A stretch of 64,000 nt of DNA, taken from Pavona decussata (lineage: Eukaryota). The stretch covers positions 5,828,001 through 5,892,000 of the forward strand of contig CDRNST010000020.1 of assembly GCA_977016875.1 (NCBI GenBank), in the 5' to 3' direction. A program made the translations under genes and the position numbers. Under the pieces are notes generated by a model. It saw nothing but the letters and a program-made list of their open reading frames with translations. It did no database searches and was not told the origin of the DNA. The stretch's first letter is position 1. Every line of letters begins with the position of its first letter. This document shows positions 1 to 12,548 of this stretch, one piece after another.

Positions 1-700
1 GAAAGAAATGTGGCTACAGTCATCTTGAACACTCTCCATTGATCTGCTAAGGAAAGTAATAAATTCCACGGTCTTCTCGCTGCATTTCCCAAACCTGATG
101 TCTTTCAGTGCAATAAGAAATTCTTCGTGTCTTTGGCAAAGGACATCTGTTAGCTTGTAGCGGTGTGTTATGGCGCTTTGGAATACTGACGAATGGAACA
201 TAAATAACCCCTCATCTAAATCGTTTGGAACGGCACGTAATTGCAGAAACTCTCCAACAAGAATCACTTGCTTTCCAGCAAAGGGACGATTACACTGAGA
301 TTCACTTAGGCACTGGTGTATGGCATTAACCAGTTCAAGCATAGGCTGACTTGACATGCTTGCTTCGTCCCAAATCAATACACCGCTTCTTCTTATTGAA
401 TCGATAACCCCACTAATTTTTGTTGACCTCTCGACAAGCTGTCCCCAAGGTATGTCGGCAATTCCTACACTATAATACGAATTCACGGTCGACGCGACCC
501 CAGGATCGTACACTCTGCGTGCTATACCAGTAAAACATACAACAGATACCCTTTTACCAACTGCATGGAGATTGTTGATTATTTCTCTACGTCAGTTCTT
601 CCTTGGCCAGTAACAAACAAATTATGTCCTTTGGAGGCTAAGCTTACTATCTTCGCTTGTCCATGTGATAACTGAACGATCATACTGACGAATAACTTAA
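1..700 (-). pseudogene. PIF1-family SF1B helicase, N-terminal half, degraded (copy 1)
   Basis: Minus-strand translation gives HNLFVTGQGRT (Walker A region), LIWDEASMSSQ (motif II) and PFAGKQVILVGEFLQLRAVP (motif III). Near-identical DNA occurs at 15340-16270 and 19478-20050. Frameshifted; runs off the left edge. Confidence 0.85.
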
Positions 701-2046
701 ATCTTTCTCAAACAAACGCTAAAAGTAAGAGATCACAGTTTGCTGATTTCAAGTTACTTTGGAAGACGGAGATGGATACTGATTAATCTCAGTTGTGAAT
801 TCTGTCAAATATTCCGAGAAATAACACATTATAACACGGGAAGGTTGAGATTATAACAAGAATTTGGTGAAAAAAAGGTGCGAAACACGAAGCTAATGAA
901 ATAAACAACACTGCAAGCGCTCTAAAATGGACATTTACTTTGGATAACACGAGCAAGAATTGGTGAAAACATAATAAAGATTAAGGTAATAAAAACATAC
1001 AATGAGGGTAGACATAAATCAGCAAACATTTTATTCACAACGATTAGTCCTTTGTTGTGTATAACAGCTCATTTCCGGTGTTCATCCGCACTTTAAACAT
1101 CCATTTCCCTCAAGTCAACTGTGATACTTTTTTCTAATGTGGGGGATATCTCTGACCTTTGCAGCGTTTCGGAGAGGAATCACGTTCATTTTCGAGTGGT
1201 CCTTTCGCCTTTGACAACATTTTTTTGTATTTCAATGAAAACCTTGCAGAACATTGACAATATTCAAACTTTGCTGTCTGGTTTGTCTTTTGATGTCCTG
1301 TCACTTCGCCTCGCTATGCCATTGGTCGCTCGTAACAATGGAGCTGTCCAAGATGCCGCTGTGGGGATGGGGTAAGTGCTGTACATGAAATCACTGTACC
1401 CCATCGGGTGGAGTTAATTTCATCTCGAACCCAAGCTTAGTGACCATTTTCAAAATCATCAGGTCTTGGAGAAAAGACGCCATCGGGGAATCAGAAGCAG
1501 AAAATGCTCATTTTCAGCCAAGTGAGTGGGAATTTTTGACAATGACACATTCACCGAGATTTGCAAATGATGGGGCTTTAGCTTTGTGTGAAAAAATCGC
1601 GACTGGGATGGATTTTCAAGGTGTAAACTGCCTCTGAGTGGACTACGTGAGCTTACGGTCGAAATCTTAGTGTGCTGCCTTGACTCCGTCTTATGACGGA
1701 AATGACAGTGATTTTAAAGAATGCCCCAAACGGTAAAATAGCCACTAACCACACAAAAATACTCCAGAGTTGAGTCAGTTTTATTCATTTTATTGAATGC
1801 GTGTTAAATTTAGCGTTTTCTCTAGCGTTACAATCGGGTGTATATTATTTCCCATACAAAGTCTTATAACGCGTTTAAATTTTCAACAGCTGGCTGTCAC
1901 CCAATACCACTTGCACTCAAAGGTCATCGTCCCACTAGTTATTAATTATCACACACTCTCTAGTGACGCAAACTTGGGCTGCCTATGCTGGCACCCTCAT
2001 TTTTCTTTCTATAGCAGACTTTCTTGAATTGCAAATTCTTCTTGGC

Positions 2047-2460
2047 GATGGAGAAGCTCTTTCGTTTTTGCTTGTTCTTTTTCTGGGTCTTTTCTTAAAG
2101 AATCCAGATATCAAATACTGGTTTCAATAGTTCACCTTCATTGTCATCGATGGTCCTGGTCAAGAGGTAAAGTCTAACTTTGGTAAGTCTGTACTTAGCA
2201 ATTTACTTTGCCAGTGTGAACTGCTCCTCTACTTCCTCGCCTTTGAAATTTCCAACTTTAAATGTCATTATATCTGTATCACCAGATCTGGACATACCAT
2301 CGGGGAAATAAATCTCTTTCATTGTGCTAAGCACTTCTACATATGAACTTTGAATTGAAATATACATTTCCCTTGTTCCTCCTCCCTTCACAAGTCGTAC
2401 AGTGACATATCGCTCTTCATTTTCTATGTAATCGTGCCATCCAACCTGGATCTTTTTACC
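2047..2460 (-). pseudogene. Relic of a TE-associated ORF (KKIQVGW..VRLVKGGGTR..FPDG..RLYLLT type)
   Basis: ORF 2203-2391 extends through an in-frame stop. The motif resembles N-termini I recall from repetitive G2E3/HECT-like ORFs. The right side is cut by a LINE fragment. Confidence 0.35.
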
Positions 2461-2464
2461 AACT

Positions 2465-3420
2465 GCGAATTATTATAGTGTAAGCTGGACTGTGCTGGAC
2501 GGAAGTCACCCATATTGGTGCTTATTACAGACCACATGTAAGTGATGAGGAGAGTTTAATAGAGCTGGAAAAATCGCACATTTTGTTCAACAGCAGCCAT
2601 AATATCCTCCTGGCATGGGAGTGGAAAAGTCATCAGCTTAAGCCAAGCTTACATGGAAACCTTGACAACTTTTCCTCTGACTTGTTGGATTACTGTGGTC
2701 TTGTGCAAATAGTGGAAGAAGCGACTAGAGGACAAAATTTATTAGACCTAGTTGTAACTAAGAACTCCAACTAGAATCTGCCAGATAGACTTTGTATTCG
2801 GCATCTCTGACTATGTTTGTCCCTTGGTTGAATTAAATATCAAACCTATAGGCCATCGACAGGTCCCATGGAAAACCCCCCCTCTATAGCAAAGCCCAGA
2901 GGGGTATATTTGAGGATGACCTACATGCCACATTTGAGCAAATTTAGGCTAACAAAGACACAATGTCAGTGAATGATCTGTGGTTTTTGTTTAAGAATGC
3001 CATTCACAAAGGCGCCCTTAAACATATCCCACATAAGACCTGAAAAAGGAAAGATAATTTACTTTGGATAAATCATGTGATTAAATGCCTTTTTAAGCAG
3101 AGAGAGATTGAACATCAAGCGGAAGAGAGCTTGAGTACAAAATGACACAAACTATTTCCACCAACTTCAATTGAAAATGAAGGATATTAAGAAAAAGATT
3201 CAGAAAGAAACAAGAAGAGGATTTTGGCAATCTGTCGAATCCATTATTACTCCTAAGGAGGATGATTCTTATCAGTACTCAGGGATGAAGAGATTTTGCT
3301 CCTTTGTCGAACATCAGAGAAAGGACATGGGAGTATCAGCTTTAAAAGGTGACGATTGAACCATATCAGATTCCAAGGATAAAGCCAATGGCCTAAATAG
3401 GCATTTCTTCTCAGTGTTTA
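2465..3420 (+). mobile_element. Non-LTR retrotransposon relic (APE endonuclease C-terminus and linker)
   Basis: Fragments LVQIVEEATRGQNLLDLVVT, GISD, WIN, RFCSFVEHQRKDMGVSALK and DKANGLNRHFFSVF are typical of LINE ORF2 between APE and RT. Many stops. Confidence 0.7.
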
Positions 3421-4164
3421 TAATGAGAAATACCGAGATGTATGTTAGCTACCAAAAATACCTATCAGTACGAATAGTGTTAATGACTAGAAGAGACGCT
3501 AACAAACACAATGAATCAAAATTTGTCACTTTTTATCAGTGATAAATGTTCAAGGTGTCCGGTGATAAATACGACAGCATGACATTAATGTTTTTTTTTT
3601 GTCAAAAATAAAGACATAACTTTCATATTCTTCATAATGATTAACTGCAGGACATTGATGTCGGTGAGATGTACAGTGTAGCGAAATCTTGATTTTTTCT
3701 CGACTCGAGCTGCTCAAAATGGGGTTTGGAATTTTAACAAACCGACATAGAATGAGATTAAATCACGTGCAAATTTTAGCAAAAATACGTAAGAAATAAC
3801 CTTGTGTGCAACGTGCAAGTTCTGAAGCATTTTGAAAGTTCTGAGATCGTACACTGTACCATTCTAGGGTCATTTATTTAGTTACCTAACTCTATGTCAA
3901 ATTAAGAGAACACAGATTTCAAACGTTTCATCCTCGTGACCTTCCGATTCCCACACAAGCCTACAAAATGTCCTTAGATTCTATTATCTTTTCACAACAA
4001 CAGCACCATATGCTTGGTGTGAATGTGAGTCAATGTACAAAACACTTGGTGGAATTAGCACAAACAAAGAGGCTTTCTAGCTAATTATAATATTTACATA
4101 GTTTACATAAGAACTTTTGTAGTTTTAGCTTTTTTGCTTTTATCATTTTTTTATTTTATTTTAT

Positions 4165-4370
4165 TTTTTTATCAATTTGAAGTTTTTAACCCCATCGATG
4201 ATCATTAAGTCTTTGTAGTTTCAGCTTCTAGTTTGAATTGCTGTTTTTATCATTTTGTAATTTTGTCTTATATATTGTATTTTTTAACCTTTTGTATATT
4301 TAATCTTTATAGGACCTTTCTGAAAACCACATTTAGTGAATGAAAGCTTCCTAATAAAAGATTATTATTA
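4165..4370 (+). mobile_element. 5'-truncated L2-type LINE 3' UTR with (TTA)n tail
   Basis: About 200 bp closely matching the LINE 3' UTR at 37530-37730, from ttttatcaatttgaagtttttaacccc to cctaataaaagattattatta. Confidence 0.85.
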
Positions 4371-4429
4371 ATTAATTAAGTCGCATTTAACAAATTTAAT
4401 TGCCCCCAAACCGTGGACAAGTGGTGTTC

Positions 4430-6364
4430 ATCTTCCAATCTAACTGGCAGTGACTCATCTACAGAAATGCTCGTAAAAGATGAGAGCGGAAGCTTCTTGA
4501 ATCAATAAATATCTATTTGGGAGACTGTTCCAGCAATTGTCGTAAATGCGATTACCAAGCTCAATACATCCACACAAGATTTTTACTAAATAAGGAGGTA
4601 AAAACCCTTCTGGTGGAATGTGAATATCTTAATCTAAATTTATCTAAATTAGACTACATGCGCTACTACCATTGCGTTGGTTAAAGAGGCTTTGGCATAT
4701 TTGTTGGGGTAATTGCCAAGCACACACCTTGTCACGAAGGGACACTGAACACAGAGGAGCTAAATCATCTAGTTCATCTAAGATCATGCCGAACATTAAA
4801 AGTTCATTGTCTCTCGAGGTGGCAACTTCGAATGCTTGTTCCTCAGCTTTCTCATCTTCTTCATCCTCCTCATCGACCCCTTCTCCTTGTTCCTCCTCCC
4901 TTTGTGATTCATCAGTAGGGCCAATCCCTCTTTCCACCTCAGCTGCACCCCCTTCAGACTGAACACTCAGCACGTGAAAGGCATCTAATTCATCCGATGA
5001 AACAGAACCGAATGCGTTGATGCCTGACGCAATCTGTTTTAACCCAAAGTCTTTGCCTTCTTCCAGTAGAGACAACAGCCCTCTCCTGGCATTTTTGGTT
5101 GGAGTCAAAGCAGCATAACCTGGAAGCTAAGTAAATACGAGTAACAATAAACAATGTTGTTAGCTGTTTCAACCTTTTGGGTCTCATCAGCATGGCGTAG
5201 CCTTGATTCCAATGTGAGGTGTTGGAAGTACTCTCAATTGTTAACACTCAGGCAAAGTCCTTGAATGGAGTATGACTGAAGTTATTCGGAAATGGGTAAC
5301 AAGAAGGGTACTAAGCAAAACGATCTAGAATGCATCCAAAATGAACTGACCATTGAAATCATGACGGAAGCAATGGACAGCTAATGCTTCAGTGATAACT
5401 AGCGATAACTAGTTTCGTAATAATGATAATGATAATGATAATAACTAAAATAGAACATCGTTTAATACAACGTTTTCCCGCGTAAAGCAGGTTAAAAGTC
5501 TTTCTATTTCAGCATAAGCAACACAGAAATTGTAATCATCGATATTTTTCACTTGCGGGCTTGCTATCTATAGAGGCTCTGTACAACATACAAAATAAGA
5601 AGGAATAGTTCAATACATGTAAATGAAATAGAACGCCAATAATAAGAACGACTACAAAGAAAGAAAATTCCTAGTAAAAAGTTAAAAAAACAAATAAAAA
5701 TTCCCTATACATAACAATAGGAAGAATGGAGTTAAAGCTCACTTTCTTGACATAACTGTTTTCATTTTCATTTTCCGTTCTGGGACTCTTTGTCCAATAA
5801 ATCAAAAACAACCACTACCACAAATACAAAATAGTTTAAAATAAAAACGAGCTTGAAACTTCGTACTTAAATATAAAATAATAAGTATAATTATACAATA
5901 AAACAAGCGGCTTAGGTGTTGTACGTTACAAGAACGTATGTTGTAGTGTGTTTGAAATGGGCGCTGTTAAGAATGTGAGCTTCCAGGAATTATAATCTTT
6001 TACAAATTAACCAGATGGAGAACAGTATTACATGTATAACTTGAAAGAACACACAAAATGTGCTGATCTGCCAAGTTGAAAGGAAAACGTCGACAACCTG
6101 TTTCAAACCATGCATTGCAATGTTTCATTATTTAATTATGGAGAACAAAGATAACAAGCACAAAGAAAGGAAAGGAAATATATAGCTAGTACCACTCAAG
6201 GAAGCTTGTAATTTCGTTTTCTGTTCTGTTATCGATGGAAGAATACTGTCCTTATAGAATGACATGAAGCCCATCATTTCTTTCTTCAACAAAACCAGCT
6301 CCTGGGTATATCTCTTGACTTCCATCTTTTTGTCCGCCACTAACTTCTTGGTACTTAGAGGAAC
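4430..6364 (-). pseudogene. Spliced TE-gene relic: KDZ-transposase-like C-terminal helix, acidic linker, QS..NGSSAC domain
   Basis: Exon about 6364-6192 (KRYTQELVLLKKEM, flanked by AG/GT) and an exon from about 5118 (GLLSLLEEG, acidic tract, WQLPQQICQSLFNQRNGSSACSLI). The family link is motif-based inference. Confidence 0.4.
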
Positions 6365-6526
6365 TGTATTAAGGATACAAAAACAATGTCTCAAATGCAA
6401 TTAAACTTTCCTTTTGAGAGAAAGTTTGAGAAATTGAAGAATTAAGTGCGGCTGCCCGTAAGAATCGAGAATTCGCCGTCAACGACAAATTTAACGAATA
6501 GCTCATATTGTGTCCAAAAATACTCT

Positions 6527-7820
6527 TCAGCTTGCTTCCATTGTCGCATGGCGAAACATCACAGTGATGTGGAGGCTAGCCTTGTTGACGTCTAAGTATT
6601 GGGACTGTACTTCATTTTGTCCCCTGCAGGCACAACTCTCCGAATAGTCATGATTGCAGACGACATTCCCGGTAGGGAGATTTTCCAGCAGATCATCAAG
6701 CTGCTTCTTGTGCCAGACGGCCATGAACTGCTGATGGGGATAGGCATCAAGCAGCTTGAAGTACTGGAAAAGTCCCTTTGGCGGAGTGTCCTTTTGTACA
6801 AGGGCGATTTTCTTCTGTTTTTCCCCAGATGATGTCAGCTTTCTAGTCTCCACATAGTCAAATCGCCTCCACTTGACCATACCTCTCTCTGAGCTTTCTT
6901 CCAGTAAAAGCCTGAAGAGACGTGTTCCACAGTTGACACGTTCTCTGTTTATGCAAGAAAACTTGTGGAACTCATTCCCTTCAGGCTTTGGACACAGAGT
7001 TAGTTCCACAGCTTCTTTGACTGACAGTGGCACTGGTGGATTGTCAGCGTGGGCGACTTCTTTCAAAACATTTTTTCGAAACTTTATGCACTCACTAAAG
7101 ACCAGCTTTGCTTCCTCATGCTTCCGGTACAGAAAGGATCGCCTATCCCTTTCTGTAGCTCCTTTCACAAAGTACGGCTTCAAGTGTTCAAATTTGTTAT
7201 CTCAGGATGCTTTGAACGAAAGTTGAAAAATGCTTCACTTTGTGTCTGCCCCAGCACCTGCATTGTATGCTTTAAGTACTGCTTAGGACCAACACGTTTT
7301 CGCACAATATCCTTTTTATCCCCATTTGGCCTGCTTGCCTCATAGGTCCAGAAATGACATATTGTCTGCTTTACTTCTTCTTCATTCACTGAATTAATTC
7401 TGGGCTTTCTCTTGGTGAACAGCCAGCTGGGTTCATCTCCCTTTAGCACATCAGCCCTGCGTTTTATACCCTTGCTGATACTCCGTCTATCAAGAGAAAC
7501 CAACTTTGAAACAGTGGAGGTCATTCTTTTTAATTCTTTTAGGTCAGTCTCATTTTTTCTTTTAAGCTTCCTTTCTTCTTCTTTTTTCTGTCTCCATTCC
7601 TTTGTGAGATTTTTTGCGTTCTTCGTGTCTCTTGTAGCGAAAAAGCCGAAAATTTACACGAAACTGGAAGTTTCCTTCCTTTGGTCAAGGACGGAACATC
7701 ACTTCCGGCACACCCCGTTAAAAAGCCAGGTTACCAAGGCTTTCTTTTACGATCAACTTCCCAAAAGAAATGGCTTCCACTTTCGAGGGTTTGGACGATT
7801 TCCTCACTTCAGATGCTCCT
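6527..7820 (-). pseudogene. Sola-like DDD transposase fragment (copy A)
   Basis: ORFs 7180-7524 and 6527-7183 contain a Cys/His cluster and HDYSESCACRGQNEVQSQY..LH (D-F/Y-SENY..Q.E.QS motif). It duplicates 17565-19470 but lacks about 0.5 kb and is truncated before the second catalytic D. Confidence 0.6.
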
Positions 7821-8784
7821 GATGTAACAAGATACAGCTTAAGGATGGCGGAGTTGGGAAATGTGTTCGGTACGTCAAATTTTTGCTCTAGAACAGTATG
7901 AACACGGCACAAGCCAAATGCTCATGCCATATGGTGTAACGTGTTATGAGCTCTTTGTGGTGGGGTGCGCCATGTTACGCGTTACATCGCCAAAATGGAT
8001 GCTTCACGTGAATAATAAAATTCGCAAAAATTTAACTCTTGGTATGTTTCCACAATTTTGGATTTGTTGAATGTAACATTTATTTATTATCCTGGAAAGT
8101 TTGAATTCATTTTGTATAAAGGAGAACTCACAAATTGAGTTTTTTTTTTGTGCTTGGTACTAATTGAGCACATGGATTGTGCTACTGATCGCTCAGTTTA
8201 GAAGAGTTGAGAAATCGTGTTTTAGTGACTCGTAGTTCGCTTGGATCGGTCGCCTTCATTCAAGGCGAAAATTGAACGAATTTGCTTTTCAAGCGTGAAC
8301 ACAGGTCTTTTCGATTAAATTTTTCAATGAAGAAAGCTAATTGTCTGTTTATCTGTGTGTCTTGATTCACGGAATTTCTTCACCATGAGATCTTATGTAA
8401 ACCATGGGAGAGCCAAACCATATCTATACAAGCATCAAGAGTTTCGCGCTTGCGGTTGTGACACAATGCATTATGGGATAGGCTCTCCAGAAAAGTGGGC
8501 ACCAACCCTCGAGTGTCCGCCATAATGAATATAGCCTGTTCCGATCGCGTTTGTTTACCGCTGATTGATACTGCGTTTTTCCACCGTCGAATACTCCTGT
8601 TAAACCTTGAATATTAGTCAGCAATCATATAAATTGGTGAGTTAATCTATTTTGTGGCTATTGGTGTTTTTCTTACAAAAATAATGCGATAAAACTACAT
8701 GAATTTCGAGTGGGATGTTTGCTGGCGATCATGATCGATATGCTCCACGTCTAAAATCATTCTGTTTTGATTTATTTTCCAGGT

Positions 8785-10380
8785 ATGGGATTTGGGCACC
8801 AGAATTGTGTAGTTATTCGATGTCCCAACAGCTGTAAAAGGATGAATAAATGGGCCAAACAAACCTGCACTGTTCATGAATGTTTGAACGGGACACAGAC
8901 ATGCGACTGTGAGCCACCATTCAAGCTGTTTCCCTTTCCCACGGAGAAAAAGGATAGCAAAGGAAGAAAACGATGGACAGAGAACCTCAAAAGGGAAATA
9001 AGGAAAGGAAAACTCTGGACTCCAAACAAATGTTCGAGAGTGTGCAGCGTGCATTTTGAAGACGTTCAACCTACAAAGAAAAATCCTGACCCAACAGAGC
9101 ATTTGGGATACGACTTCAAGCCCAAAGTAGTGGAGGGAAAGGGAAAGAACCCTTTTCGTAGATCTGAAATTGTCCCCAAAAAGAAGCCCAGAAAAGGAGA
9201 ACAAGAAATATCGAATTACTCGGACACATGTTTGTCTGAAAATACTGCAACAGCACCTGAAACCAGCGCAAACTCCTGAAACTGCAGCAGTGAACCAGAA
9301 GGAGAGGTCTTGGCAAATTATTGTTGTCCAGACAAAGACTTAGTCATCAAGGAATTGCAAGAGCAGCTTCAGAAAGCTGAAAGCAAATTGTCAATTATGA
9401 AAGAAAAGCTGAAAAAATCATGGAAAAATAAAGGATTTCAATATGGTGACTTGAAAACTGACAAAGAAGTGAATCTTCTGACTGGAATTCCCACAAGGGC
9501 AGTATTTGATGCATTGTTTGATATGGTTAAGAAAAATGTAAAGAGGTTAAGATACTGGACTGGTCCTATGAAGTCAACACAGAAAGGAAGAAATTTCAAG
9601 AAAAGTCCTAAGAAGTTTGGCCCAAAAGGGGAGCTTACCCAAAAGGACGAATTTTTATTAACTATGATGAAACTTCGCCTTGGCTCAACAAATGCCGACT
9701 TGGCTTAGCGGTTTTCTGTCTCTACCATAATAGTGACAAATATATTTACTACATAGGTCAAACTTTTAGCAAGCGAACTGAGGTGTCTTATTTACAATCC
9801 ATCATATGATGTTTTCAGAAAAACATTGCCTAAAAAATTCCATAAGCCTGGTTATTTGAAAGTAAGGCATATCATAGACTGTGCAGAGGTCTTCATCGAA
9901 ACGCCAAGTGAACCAGCTCTAAAAGCTGCGACTTGGTCCGACTACAAGCACCACAACACTGCCAAGATATTGCTGTCAATAACCCCCAATGGTGCCTTCA
10001 ATTTTGTTTCTAAAGCATGGGGAGGTCGAACATCAGATGTGCATGTTACAAGAGAGTCAGGATTCTATGATATTTTGGAGCAGCGTTATGAGGTCATGGC
10101 CGACAGAGGCTTTACTATTTCTGAGGATTTACTTCTTCGGCATGCAAAGCTCCATATACCACCCGGGAAACGTGGCCAGGAACAATTTAGCAAATCAGAA
10201 GTAAAGAAAACCAAGGAGATTGCCAACTTACGGATCTATGTTGAGCAAGCGATACGAAGATTAAAAACATTTCGCCTTATAAAGAATGAACTACCAATAT
10301 CTATGTTGGGCAACCTAGACGATATTATTATTGTTTGTGCTGCAATTTGTAATTTATAGAAATCATTATGTAAGCCATGA
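8785..10380 (+). pseudogene. THAP + HTH + DDE_Tnp_4 transposase of ISL2EU
   Basis: THAP (CVVIRC..FPFP..RW..VCSVHF); IIDCAEVFIETPS, MADRGF and RIYVEQAIRRLK carry the DDE triad. In-frame stops at 9277, 9706 and 10357. Confidence 0.9.
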
Positions 10381-10579
10381 TATACGTTAACAGACTATGT
10401 GCATTCCAATGAAAATAGAGTAGGATCCCATTGAAAATAAATTTCTAGGGGGCAGGGTGACTTGGTATGTATGAAATTGACACCACCACACCAGTTTGCG
10501 AAAAATGTAAGAATTTATTTTACCAAAAAGTAGAGAATCCCTGGCAACAACAGCTGAATTCTACATGTATTTATTGCTT

Positions 10580-12548
10580 TCACTTTGTAGCAGCCTTCAA
10601 ATGATTTACATAAAACCACTCTAAAGAATCTTGTAGTGAGAGCCAGTAATCCTTGTCTAGTTGGATACGCTCCAGATGGTATCCCGTCTTGGTATATACT
10701 AGGAAATGGCACCATTCTCTCTTAGTTACTGCCAATTGCCCTTGAACTTGAGCATAGTAGGAATGTTTCCTTTTTAAAGTAACCTCATCATTTATTCTCA
10801 CAAGGTAATCCAAATTTAAGTGTGTGGGGATGTCATTTGCAATGCAGAAAGGACGTTTAACTTCAAGGATTCCTTTTGCACAGCAAGAGCATTCTACTAA
10901 CAAATCAGGTGATGCCCCTAGAAACTGTTTGGTCTCATGAATAAATAGTTCACATTCACGATACTTTAGATCTTTATGATTTCTTTTGAGGATCTCTAGG
11001 TAGAAGGCCTTAGCAACTGGTTCGATTTCCCTGCCATATTTTAATGCAGGGAGATCCCTTGGTGGTGCACATTCACCAATCAAACTGGCCACAAGTTTCT
11101 CAGCACTCACAGCATTTTTGTCATCTTTTCTCAAACTTCCCACTTTTGTTTTAACCTTATAAAAATTGGAAGCAGTAATTCTTGCTTTGCGGTGCATATG
11201 CCACAAAGTATTTTCTGCTTGTCCCACCGTGGCCTGTTTAATTTTTACTATTTTCTCTGCAGTGAGAACTTCACTGACAGAGGGAATTGAGAGAGGCCTA
11301 TATGTTTCTTCCACTTGCTCAGCATTTTGCATAACCACAAGCCTAGAGTCAGGCACTGCATGTTTGAGGCCATCATATAATTTTGCCCGCCATTCATTTG
11401 TATTAGTTACAACCCTCTTTTCTTCAGGCTCAAAAAGTGAGCGTCTTCTGTCGACAGTTGGTCTGCTTGCTTCTAAAATAGGAAATTATAAAAAAAAAAT
11501 TACTCATAAATTTTAAAGTATTTTGTGGCAGATCCTCCTTTACTATCAGTGCAATGCCAGGAATTTGAACTTCTTTCTCTACATTAAAGGGAAAACATTT
11601 TTATGTAAGGGGCTTGCTAAATAAGATATTATAGCTGTGGCCCCTATGGAGAAATGCAATGTAACTACCTTTGTTGAGCTTGGATGCTTTCCAAACCATC
11701 TCAGAGATCTTGGGTTGCACCACTGTTTTGGCTGCAGGACCGCTCCATACACACTCCCTTGATGTATAAGCTGGGTTTGTAAGTCCATTTCTGATTGCCG
11801 CTTTAATCCGAAAAAGTAAGGCAGTCACATGGATACAGCAGGAGCTCATCTGCAATGGAAACATATAATCCGGCCCAGGGAGTCAAATTAGTCTAAACAA
11901 ATTCCCAAATCTGGATACGAATATTGCATTAAGGTAAATTACTTACCCAGCCACACAAGTGCAATAAGCACTAATAATCTTCCCAGATTTCTTGCCAGCA
12001 GCGATCCAAGCGGTGTGAGGTGTGTCCCCTATTTTCATAGTATGAGTACAATTTGTTTTAAAGAAACAGTACTCTGAGGCCGTTGATATAGGGTGCCAGT
12101 AACTTTTTTTGAGCCAAACGGATTCATAGACTCAATATGCCTTGCCTTCCTTATATTCATTCAGAACACGCTCATGTCAAGCCATGTCCTTTCCTGGGTG
12201 ATCTTCCATAAGAAATACGGTAGTGTCACTAAGAAAAATTGGTGGCCAGGAAGTTATAGCATCTCTTTCACAAAGCCAGTCTTTGAGAGTAGATGGATCT
12301 GGCAAAGAAGATCCATTTCCCATATCTAACAACCAAGATTTCTTGTTCGCAGTGGTTGCGATCCTTTCTTCAGCAGTTGGTTGGACAGGAATTCCCATTT
12401 CTGAGGCTGCAAACACACGAGCAACCAGTTGTTGCTTGCTTGCAGAAACTTTCGAGCCTCGTTTACGGCAATAAAGGTTTAGAGTGTCAGAACGCCAAGT
12501 TTTAACTTCTTCGTAAGTTAGAGACTCCTCACAACTCATTTCAATCAC
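10580..12548 (-). pseudogene. SAP-SWIM-YqaJ (lambda-exonuclease-like) accessory protein of ISL2EU, spliced
   Basis: SAP-like LNLYCRKRGSKVSASKQQLVARV; SWIM (AYCTCVAG/SSCCIHVTALL split by an intron at about 11946-11851); YqaJ motifs RITASNF, GASPD, LEVK and YYAQVQGQL. Confidence 0.88.

Noticed and set aside
10580-11356. YqaJ recombinase, YR and PIF1 read as a prophage or endogenous virus
   Set aside because: Spliceosomal introns and TIR/TSD context place them in eukaryotic transposons; no capsid, packaging ATPase or polymerase B genes were seen.
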